This document shows positions 9,274 to 19,198 of a stretch of DNA of 64,000 nucleotides, piece by piece. The stretch is taken from NCBI GenBank assembly GCA_021848065.1, contig JAJZNA010000010.1:34586-98585 (forward strand), written 5' to 3'. This stretch comes from Candidatus Micrarchaeota archaeon (GTDB lineage Archaea; Micrarchaeota; Micrarchaeia; Micrarchaeales; CABMGC01). Made by a program: the position numbers and the translations under genes. Position 1 is the stretch's first letter. Each line of letters starts with the position of its first letter. The notes under the pieces were generated by a model that was given only the letters and a program-made list of their open reading frames with translations, did no database searches and had not been told where the DNA came from.

Positions 9274-12046
9274 TACGCACAGTGCAGGTTCCGGGCATAG
9301 AAGCCCCTATGACCTGTTCCTTACCAGGTTCAGGGACTTCACCAGCATACAGAAGGCCTCTTTTGAGATAATAGGGAAGAGGGAAGACTGCATAATAACC
9401 GCGCCTACAGGAAGCGGGAAGACGGAAGCTGCGCTCCTGCCAATCATAGATCGGATAATGCAAAGGGGAAGCAAGGGCATATTTGCCATATACATAACCC
9501 CGCTCAGGGCGCTTAACAGGGACCTTGTGGGTAGGCTGAAATGGCTTGGGAGTGAGCTCGGGATCGATATAGCGGTAAGGCATGGAGACACGCCGCAGTC
9601 TGAGCGCAGGGCCCAGGCAGCAAAACCGCCGCAGATACTCATAACCACCCCAGAAAGCGTACAGAACCTTCTGCTCTCCGGCAGGCTCAGGGAGGCTCTT
9701 TCTAACCTTGATGTTGTGATAGTGGATGAGCTTCACGAACTGTACTACAACAAGCGGGGTGCGCAGCTCTCAATCGCCCTAGAAAGGGTAGCCGAAGTTG
9801 CAGGCGATTTCCAAAGGATAGGGATAAGCGCCACGATAGGCAATATAGATGAGGCTTCAAGGTTTCTATTCTGTTCTGCAGATTACAAGAAAGTGGAGTC
9901 GAAGACTACCAAGCAGCTTGAGTTCAACGTGGATATGCCACTGAAGCCTGCCAAAGATGACGTAGATTTCAGGCAGACCTTCGGACTTGACGTACAAGCG
10001 TACGCAAGGATAGTCAGGGTGGCAGAGCTGATATCAGGATCACAGGCAACCTTGGTGTTCTCTAACACGAGGCAGGTGGTTGAGTCCCTTGGAAGCAAGC
10101 TCATCCAGTTCAGCAAGATGCATGGGATGGCGGAGATAGGCATACACCACAGCTCCATAGACAAGAATGAGAGGGTACTCATAGAGAACAGATTCAAGGA
10201 AGGGAGCCTTAAGGCCATAATCGCCACAAGCTCCCTTGAGCTTGGCATAGACGTGGGCAGGATAGACCTGGTTGTACAGTACGGATCGCCCAGGCAGGCC
10301 ATAAGGCTCATACAAAGAGTTGGGAGAGGAGGGCATAGGGAGGGCGAAAAATCTGTGGGTCATTTGATAGTGCACAACCCTCTTGACGGCATAGAGGCCA
10401 TTTCCATTGTGTCTGCGGTGCTAGAGTTCAGGCTGGAGAAGCAGCATGTTGAAGCTGGAGCCCTGGACGTCCTGGCAAACCAGATCTCTGCAATAACACT
10501 TGAGTATTCCAAGATAGAGAAGGAGCGCATTTTCAACATCGTACGCAGAGCATACCCTTACTCCGGACTTAAGGAGGATGATTTTGAGAGAGTAATTGCA
10601 CTCCTCTCCGACCTTCACATTTTGGCTGTTGAAGGCAAGATGGTATCTAGGCAGAGGAGGGGGCGCATGTACTTCATAAACTCTATAAGCGTTATTCCCG
10701 ACTCAACCAGATTCCTTGTGAAGGAAGCTGTGGAGAATAGGATAATATCAACGCTTGACGAGGAATTCGTATCAGGGCACATAGAGGAAGGGGCAGTATT
10801 CATAACGAAAGGGTTGCCATGGAGGGTAGTGAGCATAGAGGAAGATGTGATATTTGTTGAACCTAGCAACGACCTTAACGCCGCTGTTCCGGACTGGGAT
10901 GGGGAGGATATACCCGTATCCAAAGACATTGCCAGTAGGGTGATGAATAGCTTCAGCGAAGGCCTTCCTGATCCCAGATTCGTGGAGGCTGGGACAAGGA
11001 AGGCTCTTGAGGATTTCATCTCTTCGCAGAACGTATTCTTTGGATTTAAGGAGGGCAATGTAGTTATAGAGGAGATGGAGAACTGCGCCATTGCATACAT
11101 GCCCCTTGGCAAGCAGGCCAATGAATACATGGCAAGGGCCATGGCAGTAATAGCATCGTCATTGGCTGGGGGCAAAGTGAACGTGAAGGCGACGCCATAT
11201 GCACTCATACTTGATTATAGCTATGTAATAAGGAGGCCAGACACATACCAGGTGTTTGAACTCCTTAAGGGCATGGACTTCAGGAACGTGAAATTCGTCT
11301 CTTCATCGGATCTATTCAGGTACAAATTCATACAGGTCGCAAAGCTCTTCGGAGTGATAGACAAATCGGCGAAGGTGACAAAGTCGACCGCCAACAAGAT
11401 AATAAGCTTCTACGAAAACTCGCCAATATACGATGAGGTTGTAAGGGACCTATACAAAAATTACTTTGACATAGATGTGGCAATGGGGTTCGTATCCAAG
11501 CTCAGGAGCGGCGATGTGAGCGTCTCTGTGGCCAAGAAGAGTGGGTCCCCTTTCTCAAAGGAGATACTGCAAACCGTATTCAAGTATGGAGAGATGCTGT
11601 CCGCTCCTGAAAGGCTGTCTGTTATAGAGAAACTTGTGGAGAAATATGACGGGAGGAGTGTGCGCATAAAGTGCACATACTGCGGCCACGTATTCAACGA
11701 GAGGATCAAGGTAGGTAATGAGAGGCGCATACTCTGCCCATCGTGCCAGAGCCCTTTGGTGGTAACTTACAGCGATGAATATGATAAGCTGGTGTCTAAG
11801 AGGCTTTCAGGTGCAAGGCTTAGCGTAAATGATAACAGGATGTACAAGGATATGATGAAGGAGGCGAGCCTTGTTGACGCTTATGGTGACAGGGCGCTGG
11901 TGGCGCTGTCTACCTATGGCATAGGCGTAGAGACCGCGGCAAGGCTGCTGAAATATGTGCGTGGAGATTACAAGATGTTCTTTGTTGACGTCATAGAAGC
12001 GCAGAAGAACTTCATAAGGAACAGGAAGTTCTGGAAACTTGATTAG
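9254..12046 (+). CDS. lhr: Lhr-type large superfamily-2 (DEAD/DEAH) helicase with C-terminal zinc ribbon
   Basis: 930 aa. Motifs: FTSIQKASF (Q motif), APTGSGKTEAA (Walker A), VIVDELHE (Walker B), ATSSLELGIDVG, QRVGRGGH, and C-terminal CTYCGH...CPSCQ. Confidence 0.8.
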   Translation: MQSSSSDTHSAGSGHRSPYDLFLTRFRDFTSIQKASFEIIGKREDCIITAPTGSGKTEAALLPIIDRIMQRGSKGIFAIYITPLRALNRDLVGRLKWLGSELGIDIAVRHGDTPQSERRAQAAKPPQILITTPESVQNLLLSGRLREALSNLDVVIVDELHELYYNKRGAQLSIALERVAEVAGDFQRIGISATIGNIDEASRFLFCSADYKKVESKTTKQLEFNVDMPLKPAKDDVDFRQTFGLDVQAYARIVRVAELISGSQATLVFSNTRQVVESLGSKLIQFSKMHGMAEIGIHHSSIDKNERVLIENRFKEGSLKAIIATSSLELGIDVGRIDLVVQYGSPRQAIRLIQRVGRGGHREGEKSVGHLIVHNPLDGIEAISIVSAVLEFRLEKQHVEAGALDVLANQISAITLEYSKIEKERIFNIVRRAYPYSGLKEDDFERVIALLSDLHILAVEGKMVSRQRRGRMYFINSISVIPDSTRFLVKEAVENRIISTLDEEFVSGHIEEGAVFITKGLPWRVVSIEEDVIFVEPSNDLNAAVPDWDGEDIPVSKDIASRVMNSFSEGLPDPRFVEAGTRKALEDFISSQNVFFGFKEGNVVIEEMENCAIAYMPLGKQANEYMARAMAVIASSLAGGKVNVKATPYALILDYSYVIRRPDTYQVFELLKGMDFRNVKFVSSSDLFRYKFIQVAKLFGVIDKSAKVTKSTANKIISFYENSPIYDEVVRDLYKNYFDIDVAMGFVSKLRSGDVSVSVAKKSGSPFSKEILQTVFKYGEMLSAPERLSVIEKLVEKYDGRSVRIKCTYCGHVFNERIKVGNERRILCPSCQSPLVVTYSDEYDKLVSKRLSGARLSVNDNRMYKDMMKEASLVDAYGDRALVALSTYGIGVETAARLLKYVRGDYKMFFVDVIEAQKNFIRNRKFWKLD

Positions 12047-12065
12047 TGCGAAGGCCGCGGGAAGG

Positions 12066-14522
12066 CTACTGGTTGCTTGGGGCAATAGGCTCTGTCAGGG
12101 CATTGCCCTGAGGCTGCGAGGCATCCAGAAGCACAGCATCAACAACCTTTGTGCCTTGGGGCAGGTGCATGAGCCTTACTCCGCTGGCGGCTCTTCCAGT
12201 AACCCTGATGTCTTTAGTTGGGAAGGTTATGCTGACTCCCTGAGAGTTTATTATGACCACATTTGATTCGCCTGAGAGGAACAGGCACTTTTGCACAGGC
12301 CCGGTCTTCTCGTTTACCTTGAGGTTTATGACGCCGCCGCCTCCACGGCTCTGAAGCCTGTATTCGTTAACGTCGGTTATCTTGCCGTAGCCGTTCTCAG
12401 TTATGGTTAGCACACTGCCGGACTCGTTCGCGGCTATTATGTTCCTCGCCACGTCACTGTGTTTAAGCCGTATGCCCCTGACCCCGATTGCAGTCCTGCC
12501 GATATACCTCAAATCGCCCTCGTCGAACTTTATGGCTTTTCCATCCCTGGATGCCACAATCAGGTTGCGCTCGTTGGAGTACATTATCACATCTGCGATA
12601 TGGTCCCCCTCATTGAGATTTATGGCCCTTATGCCATTGGATCTAGGCCTGGAGAAGAGAGACGCCTTCACTTTCTTGACTATGCCTTTGGAGGTGAGAA
12701 ACGCCAGTTTCGAGTTTGTGAATTCGTTTATGTTGAGTATGCCGATTATCTTCTCGTCCTGCATGTCTATCAGGTTGACTATGGCCTTTCCTTCAGAGTA
12801 CCGCCCGCCTTCGGGGATGTTGTAGGCCTTTACCCAGTATGCCCTGCCAGTATTGGTTATGCCTATGATGAAGTCCTTGTTGTTGCATGTGAGGATCTGC
12901 TTAACGTAGTCTCCCTCCTTGAGGTTTATTGATATTATGCCCTTGCCGCCCCTACCCTGTTCCTTGTAGTTGCTGAGAGCCAGCTTCTTTACGTATCCGC
13001 TGCTTGTGAGGATTACGGTTACCTTCTCGTTGCTTATGGTGTCCTCATCGGTTATCTCGGACGCCTCGTCAGAATAGATTATCTGTGTTCTCCTTGGCCT
13101 GGCGTACCTCTTCTTTATGTCAGCTACCTCATCCTTTATTATCTGGTCAACAACTGCAGGTGTGGAGATGACATTTGAATAGTATTTCACTTTCTCTTCC
13201 AGCGTCTTCTTCTCGTTGGTGAGGGAGTCATTTTCCAGGTGCGTGAGCCTGCTGAGCTTCATGTCCAGTATGGCGTTTGACTGCTTCTCGGTTAGGCCGT
13301 AGCCGGACATGAGCTTGCCCCTGGCCTCGTTTGTATCGCTGCTGGACTTTATGGAGGCAATTATGGAGTCTATCTGCGTTATCGCTAGCAGAAGGCCTTC
13401 CACTATGTGCAGCCTGGCCTGGGCCACATTAAGCTCATAGCGGCTTCTCTTGAGCACCACCTCCCGCCTGTGGGTTAGGAACGTATCTATGAGCTGCACT
13501 ATATTTAGATTTTTAAGGCTCTTTCCGATTATGGCCAGGTTGATTATAGGGAACGTGACCTGCAATTGCGTATGCTTGTAGAGCATGTTAAGTATCTGCT
13601 CTCCCTCTGCGCTTTCCTTGAAGTCTACAACGATCCTTATGCCGCTCTTGTCGCTCTCATCCCTTATGTCCTTGAGGCCCACTATCTTCTTATCGCGCGC
13701 GAGCTGAGCCATCGTCTGAATTATATTCGACTTGTTGACGTTGTAAGGTATCTCGGTTATGGTTATCTTTTTGTTTTCGTCGTCTATTTCCGCTTTGGCC
13801 TTAAGGCTCATCTGGCCTCTGCCGTACAGGTATCCGTTAAATGCGTTTGGCGACATTACCGCTATCCCACCCGTTGGGAAGTCAGGACCCTTCAGCACGT
13901 TCATTATATCGCTGGCCGTGGCGTCCTTATTGTCTATCTTGAGCGTTGTGGCATCGCAGACCTCAGCAAGGTTGTGTGGAGGTATGCTTGTGGCTACCCC
14001 TACGGCTATACCTGTTGCGCCGTTTATAAGCAGATTTGGCACTTTTGATGGAAGAACTATGGGCTCCTTTTCGGTATCGTCAAAATTGGGGGCAAAGTCT
14101 ACCGTCTCCTTGTCTAGGTCCTCCAGTATCTCCTCGGAAAGGCGGGTAAGCCTTACCTCAGTGTATCTCATGGCTGCGGGCAGGTCTCCATCTATGGAAC
14201 CGAAGTTCCCCTGGCCCTCAACCAGAGTATGGTTCATTGAAAAGGTCTGGGCAAGCCTTGCGAGGGAGTCGTATATGGCTGTATCTCCGTGGGGGTGGAA
14301 TTTACCCATAACCTCTCCTACGACCCTTGCGCTTTTCTTGGTAGGCTGGTTATGGAGGTTTTTCAGGTTGTACATTGAGTACAGTATTCTCCTCTGGACC
14401 GGCTTCAGTCCGTCCCTTGCGTCAGGTATAGCCCTGCCTATTATGACGCTCATGGCATAGTCTATGTAGCTGGACTGCAGCTCATCCTCCAAAGAGACCG
14501 GTAGCAAATCTGACATAATCAC
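12066..14522 (-). CDS. gyrA: DNA gyrase subunit A
   Basis: 818 aa. DGLKPVQRRILYSM, KSARVVGEVMGKFHPHGDTAIYD, and active-site AAMRYTE. C-terminal beta-pinwheel repeats. Confidence 0.95.
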   Translation of the reverse strand: MIMSDLLPVSLEDELQSSYIDYAMSVIIGRAIPDARDGLKPVQRRILYSMYNLKNLHNQPTKKSARVVGEVMGKFHPHGDTAIYDSLARLAQTFSMNHTLVEGQGNFGSIDGDLPAAMRYTEVRLTRLSEEILEDLDKETVDFAPNFDDTEKEPIVLPSKVPNLLINGATGIAVGVATSIPPHNLAEVCDATTLKIDNKDATASDIMNVLKGPDFPTGGIAVMSPNAFNGYLYGRGQMSLKAKAEIDDENKKITITEIPYNVNKSNIIQTMAQLARDKKIVGLKDIRDESDKSGIRIVVDFKESAEGEQILNMLYKHTQLQVTFPIINLAIIGKSLKNLNIVQLIDTFLTHRREVVLKRSRYELNVAQARLHIVEGLLLAITQIDSIIASIKSSSDTNEARGKLMSGYGLTEKQSNAILDMKLSRLTHLENDSLTNEKKTLEEKVKYYSNVISTPAVVDQIIKDEVADIKKRYARPRRTQIIYSDEASEITDEDTISNEKVTVILTSSGYVKKLALSNYKEQGRGGKGIISINLKEGDYVKQILTCNNKDFIIGITNTGRAYWVKAYNIPEGGRYSEGKAIVNLIDMQDEKIIGILNINEFTNSKLAFLTSKGIVKKVKASLFSRPRSNGIRAINLNEGDHIADVIMYSNERNLIVASRDGKAIKFDEGDLRYIGRTAIGVRGIRLKHSDVARNIIAANESGSVLTITENGYGKITDVNEYRLQSRGGGGVINLKVNEKTGPVQKCLFLSGESNVVIINSQGVSITFPTKDIRVTGRAASGVRLMHLPQGTKVVDAVLLDASQPQGNALTEPIAPSNQ

Positions 14523-16429
14523 ACATCCAGGGATTTTACCTGCTCGGCATGCTCGTGCAGGAATTTCCTGCGTTGCAGCACGTCGGTTCCCATGAGGATC
14601 TTGAATAGTTCCTCTGCACGCTGGGCATCGCGTATAGTTATCTTCTTAAGTTTCCTGTTGGCGGGATTCATGGTGGTTTCCCACAACTGATCCTCATTCA
14701 TCTCCCCAAGGCCTTTGTATCTCTGCAGGCCGTCCAAATCCACAAGCTCCTTTCTTTTGGATTCCAATTCATCGTCACTGTAACAGTAATACACGTTTTT
14801 GCCTTTGGTGACCTTGTAAAGAGGAGGTATGGCAGCATATACATATCCCTGCTCTATTATCTTGCGCATGTACCTGTAAAAGAATGTGAGCAGGAGCGTC
14901 CTTATGTGGCTTCCGTCGACATCCGCATCGGTCATTATTATGATCTTTTTATAGCGGATGTTGTCTGGATTGAAGGTTTCCCTTATTCCGGTGCCGAATG
15001 CTGTTATCATGGTCTTGATCTCAGCGTTGTCGAATATCCTCTCGTCACTGGCCTTCTCCACATTGAGTATCTTGCCCCTGAGAGGAAGTATGGCCTGGAT
15101 GTTCTTGTCCCTGCCCTGCTTGCTTGAACCGCCTGCGCTGTTCCCCTCGACTATGAATAGTTCGGTCCTTTCGGGGTCGTCCAGTATGCAGTCGGCAAGC
15201 TTGCCAGGAAGCACGGTGCTGTCGAATATCGATTTCTTTCGCGCCATCTCCCTGGCCTTCCTTGCGCTCTCCCTGGCAGATGCTGCAGAAATCACTTTGC
15301 TAGCTATTGCCCGAGCCTCAGAGGGATGCTCCTCGAAGTACCTTGAAAGGAATGCGTAAGTTACTCCCTCCACGATGCTCTTTATTGTGGTGTTGCCTAG
15401 CTTTTCCTTAGTCTGGCCTTCAAACTCGGGATTCTGCATCAACACGCTGAGTACTGCAGTAAGGCCCTCCTTCGCATCTTCCCCAGTCAATTTTAGCTGG
15501 GATTTCTGGAGTTTGTTCTTTTCTATGTAACTGAGTATTGACCTTGTTACAGCTGCATGAAATCCGGAAAGATGGGTTCCGCCTTCACCGGTGCGGATAT
15601 TGTTCACGAAAGGCTCAATCTTTTCATCGTAAGAGTCCACGTACTGCATGGCGAATTCCACAATAGTGTCTCCCTCCTTCTTCTTTGCGGATATGACCCC
15701 AGACACCGGGGTGGAACCCTCATTTATGAACTTGATGAAGTCGAGTATGCCTGACTCTGATACGAATGTTTCCTCCTCATGCGCCCCGAATCGGTCATCC
15801 GAAAGGGTTATGTGAAGCCCTGGATTAAGAAATGCAGTATATCTGAGCCTTTCCTTGAGAAGCGCCGAATCGAATGTCTGTACGCTGAATACTTCCTTGT
15901 CAGGCTTGAACGTTATTGTTGTGCCTGTTTCGGAGGTGTCCCCAAGCGTCTGGAGCTGGGAAGTTGGCAGGCCCTTGGAGAAGCTCTGGCGGTAGACGTG
16001 GCCGTTTCGTCTTACAGTAACATCAGTGTAAACGGAAAGGGCATTGACCACAGTAAGGCCTACGCCGTGGAGGCCCCCTGATACCTTATATACGTCGCTA
16101 TTGAACTTTGCCCCTTTATGTATGGTGGTCATTATGACCTCAAGGGCGCTTTTGCCATACTTCTCCATCATGCCCACAGGGATGCCCCTGCCATCGTCGG
16201 TGACTTCGGCTATATCGGCATCGGGATCCTGTGTGATGTGTATGTGTATATGCTTGCAGTATCCGGCCGCAGCCTCGTCAACAGCATTATCGATGACTTC
16301 GTAGAGAAGATGCAGGACACCGGCAGCACCTGTAGAGCCTATGTACATCCCTGGCCTCTTCCGTATACCTTGAGGCCCTTCCAGGACAACAATTTTTGAA
16401 GCGTCGTAGCTATCCGAATTCGAATCCAT
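14519..16429 (-). CDS. gyrB: DNA gyrase subunit B
   Basis: 636 aa. LEGPQGIRKRPGMYIGS, GGLHGVG, Toprim motifs EGNSAGGS and PLRGKILNV, DADVDGSHI. 4-nt overlap with gyrA. Confidence 0.95.
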   Translation of the reverse strand: MDSNSDSYDASKIVVLEGPQGIRKRPGMYIGSTGAAGVLHLLYEVIDNAVDEAAAGYCKHIHIHITQDPDADIAEVTDDGRGIPVGMMEKYGKSALEVIMTTIHKGAKFNSDVYKVSGGLHGVGLTVVNALSVYTDVTVRRNGHVYRQSFSKGLPTSQLQTLGDTSETGTTITFKPDKEVFSVQTFDSALLKERLRYTAFLNPGLHITLSDDRFGAHEEETFVSESGILDFIKFINEGSTPVSGVISAKKKEGDTIVEFAMQYVDSYDEKIEPFVNNIRTGEGGTHLSGFHAAVTRSILSYIEKNKLQKSQLKLTGEDAKEGLTAVLSVLMQNPEFEGQTKEKLGNTTIKSIVEGVTYAFLSRYFEEHPSEARAIASKVISAASARESARKAREMARKKSIFDSTVLPGKLADCILDDPERTELFIVEGNSAGGSSKQGRDKNIQAILPLRGKILNVEKASDERIFDNAEIKTMITAFGTGIRETFNPDNIRYKKIIIMTDADVDGSHIRTLLLTFFYRYMRKIIEQGYVYAAIPPLYKVTKGKNVYYCYSDDELESKRKELVDLDGLQRYKGLGEMNEDQLWETTMNPANRKLKKITIRDAQRAEELFKILMGTDVLQRRKFLHEHAEQVKSLDV

Positions 16430-16613
16430 CTAAATCAGCAATAAATTAGGCATTTATCTATGCATTTAAAGGAATATAAACCTTTTTGAGAGGCTTTTAC
16501 GACGACAGATTTGGGGAGCGGAGGCTACCAAAGTATTTATAGCTTGGATGGGGAAAAATATGTAAATATACAGTCGCTTGCTGCGATTGTGGGATTTGTT
16601 TGTAAGTGATTTT

Positions 16614-17960
16614 ATGACGAAGAAAAGAGTTATAATAATCGGGGCTGCTGGGCGCGATAGGCCACTTTAGGCCCGCGGATTCCACAACTTTAACGTCTTG
16701 TTCCGCTCCGATGCCGAGTACGAAGTGGTTGCATTCACTGCAGCCCAGATACCGTATATCTCCGGGAGGGCATACCCCAAAGAGCTCAGCGGGAAGCTTT
16801 ACCCGAGGGGGGTACAGGTATATGATGAGAGCGAGCTGGGAGGCCTTATAAAACGCAAGAATGTGGACCTATGCGTGATGTCCTACAGCGACCTTAGATA
16901 TGAAGATGTGATGCATAAGGCAGGCATAGTGAACGCAGCCGGGGCCGATTTCTGGCTGATATCCCCAGACCACACCATGCTCAAATCCAGGAAGCCAGTA
17001 ATAGCGGTATGTGGGGTCAGGACAGGGGTAGGAAAGAGCCAGACTTCAAGATACGTTTCGAAATTTCTTAGGGACAGTGGATTGAAAGTTGTAGTGATAA
17101 GGCATCCTATGCCTTATGGCGTGTTGAGAAACCAGGCTGTTGAAAGATTCTCAAAACTATCGGACCTGGACAAGTATAAGACCACAATAGAGGAGCGTGA
17201 GGACTACGAACCGCACATAAAAAATGGCTTCGTGGTATATGCAGGCGTGGATTACAAGGCCATACTTGAGAAGGCAGAAGAGGAAGCTGACGTAATACTG
17301 TGGGATGGAGGAAATAATGATGCGTCATTCTACAAGCCGGATCTCCTTATAGTGGTTGCAGACCCCCTGCGTGCAGGAAATGAGCTCACGTATTACCCCG
17401 GGGAGACTGTGGCCAGGATGGCTAGTGTGCTGCTCATAAATAAGGTCAACTCAGCAAAGAAGGAGGATGTTGAAAGGGTCAAAGAAGACCTTGAGCGGAT
17501 AAACCCTAATGCGGCCATAGTGCTCGGAAACTCTGAGATATGGGCTGACAACCCGAGGATAATAAAAGGCAGCAAGGTGCTGCTGGTTGAGGACGGGCCC
17601 ACAATAACACACGGCAACATGACGTTTGGGGCCGCTACTGTTGCGGCTAGGCAGTTCGGGGCTGGGAGCGTAGTGAGTGCAAAGGAGTTTGCAGTTGGAA
17701 CAATACGCGAGACTTTCAAAAAATATCCATCACTGGATAGGGAGCTGCCCGCAATGGGCTACAGCCCGAAGCAGATAAGAGATCTAGAGGCAACTATAAA
17801 CCAGGCAGACTGCGACGTCGTGGTGTCGGCCACACCCACAGACCTCAAGCACCTGATAAGCCCGAACAAGCCAATGGTGCAGGTGCACTATGAGCTCGTG
17901 CCCATAGGCAAATCTCTGGACGCGAAGCTCAAGGCGTTTGTGAAAGGCATAAAAAGGTAA
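16614..17960 (+). CDS. COG2403-type P-loop protein (predicted GTPase / cyclic-2,3-diphosphoglycerate-synthetase-like), interrupted by a 21-nt BHB element carrying an in-frame TAG; proposed structure join(16614..16658,16680..17960)
   Basis: ATG 16614 is in the same frame as the tracked ORF 16698..17960. It encodes MTKKRVIIIGAAGRD, then [RPL*ARG], then FHNFNVLFRSDAEYEVVAFTAAQIP. P-loop is CGVRTGVGKSQTS. If unspliced, the gene is a pseudogene or an N-terminally truncated TTG-start ORF. Confidence 0.6.
16659..16679 (+). other. candidate bulge-helix-bulge (BHB) intron within an mRNA
   Basis: The strict hBHBh' fold spans 16649-16684. It has two 3-nt bulges (16657-16659 and 16678-16680) on opposite strands, separated by the 4-bp helix CGCG/CGCG. 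Predicted cuts excise exactly these 21 nt. Confidence 0.55.
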
Positions 17961-17980
17961 AGGTATATTCTTTAGCGTAA

Positions 17981-18055
17981 GGACCCGTAACTCAGCTTGG
18001 TTAGAGTGGCTGGCTCTTAACCAGCAAGTCGAGGGTTCAAATCCCTCCGGGTCCG
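17981..18055 (+). tRNA. tRNA-Lys (anticodon CTT)
   Basis: Manual cloverleaf: acceptor GGACCCG/CGGGTCC, anticodon arm GCTGG-CTCTTAA-CCAGC, T arm GAGGG-TTCAAAT-CCCTC. No encoded CCA. Confidence 0.9.
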
Positions 18056-18122
18056 TACATAGAATATTCAGGCTATTTCTTCACATCCAGAAAAGGAGAA
18101 AAGGGATGGCTGCTTAGAGGGA

Positions 18123-19007
18123 TTATTCCTTAAAGCTGCGTGCGCTTCTCAGGGCCTCGGCAATCTTTACGGCGTCAATGGTTTCGCGCACGTCATGCGT
18201 TCTCACCATGCTTGCGCCATTATAGACAGCTATGGAAGCAGCAGATATAGAACCTGCCAGCCTATCGGAAGGGTCTGGTCTACCCGATATGTGCCCTATG
18301 AAGGACTTGCGCGACACGCCTACGCACACCGGCCTTCCCAAGGCCGTGATACTGTCGAGGTTCCTTATAACGCTGCAGTCCCACTTGTACCAAGGCATGA
18401 TGTCCTGCCTTGAGAATGCACGGCCACTGCCGACATTCCTGAAAAACCCTATCCCGGGGTCTAGCACCACATTTTTAGCAGGTATGCCTGCTTCGGTGGC
18501 AATCTTCAGGCTTCGCGCCAGGATTCGGGCCACGCTTCGTGGCGGGCTACCCCGCATATAGCCCGTTGATTTTGCCATTATTATGGCAGATGCTGAATGA
18601 TCCAATATGGTATCGGCCAACGCAGGATCATAGTTTAAGCCAGTAACATCATTGACTATTGTTGCTCCGGCAGATAGCGCTGCGTCTGCGACTTTTGAGT
18701 AGGATGTATCCACAGATATCGGCAGGCTTGTAGCGTCGACTATGGACCTTACAGCGCGTCTTATCATATCCAATTCGTCATTTGCAGATAGATGTGCCTT
18801 GAGATACGGGGCGGTGGAAGAGGCGCCAACATCCACGGCATCTGCCCCGAGTTCGGCCATGGATGCAGCGGATGAGCCTACCGCAGGCCCGAGAGAACGG
18901 ATAGACCCCTTGTAAAAGGAGCCTTGGGTGAGGTTTATCACCCCAAGCACCCTTACAGGAAACCCATCGCCTACACGAATGCTGGACAAGTTTGCACGAA
19001 CAGCCAT
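18123..19007 (-). CDS. folP: dihydropteroate synthase (pterin-binding domain protein)
   Basis: 294 aa. VLGVINLTQGSFYKGS, DVGASSTAPY, NDVTG, DPGIGF and GVSRKSF are the classic DHPS motifs. Confidence 0.85.
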   Translation of the reverse strand: MAVRANLSSIRVGDGFPVRVLGVINLTQGSFYKGSIRSLGPAVGSSAASMAELGADAVDVGASSTAPYLKAHLSANDELDMIRRAVRSIVDATSLPISVDTSYSKVADAALSAGATIVNDVTGLNYDPALADTILDHSASAIIMAKSTGYMRGSPPRSVARILARSLKIATEAGIPAKNVVLDPGIGFFRNVGSGRAFSRQDIMPWYKWDCSVIRNLDSITALGRPVCVGVSRKSFIGHISGRPDPSDRLAGSISAASIAVYNGASMVRTHDVRETIDAVKIAEALRSARSFKE

Positions 19008-19198
19008 ACTAGCAACCGTTTTTAAGAGTAGGTAGAGAGCCCTAACAGACGCACAATTGATACGTTTATATATCTGAAAGAGTATATTAAAAGGCAGGTG
19101 TAACGCTGCTGCTTTGTTTGCTCCAAAGATATGACTTTGTTTTAGAGTGCCTCAAAACAGGTTTGATGTATTCATACTTAAATATATAAGTGGTTTGT

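Noticed and set aside
12039-12266. 75-aa plus-strand ORF following lhr
   Set aside because: It overlaps the 3' end of gyrA on the opposite strand and has no support.
16668-16670. In-frame TAG read as pyrrolysine or programmed readthrough
   Set aside because: The TAG sits within a 7-codon insertion (RPL*ARG). That insertion interrupts an otherwise contiguous conserved motif, and the BHB fold excises it exactly. No pyl genes are visible in the window. Recoding is therefore a less economical explanation than splicing or pseudogenisation.
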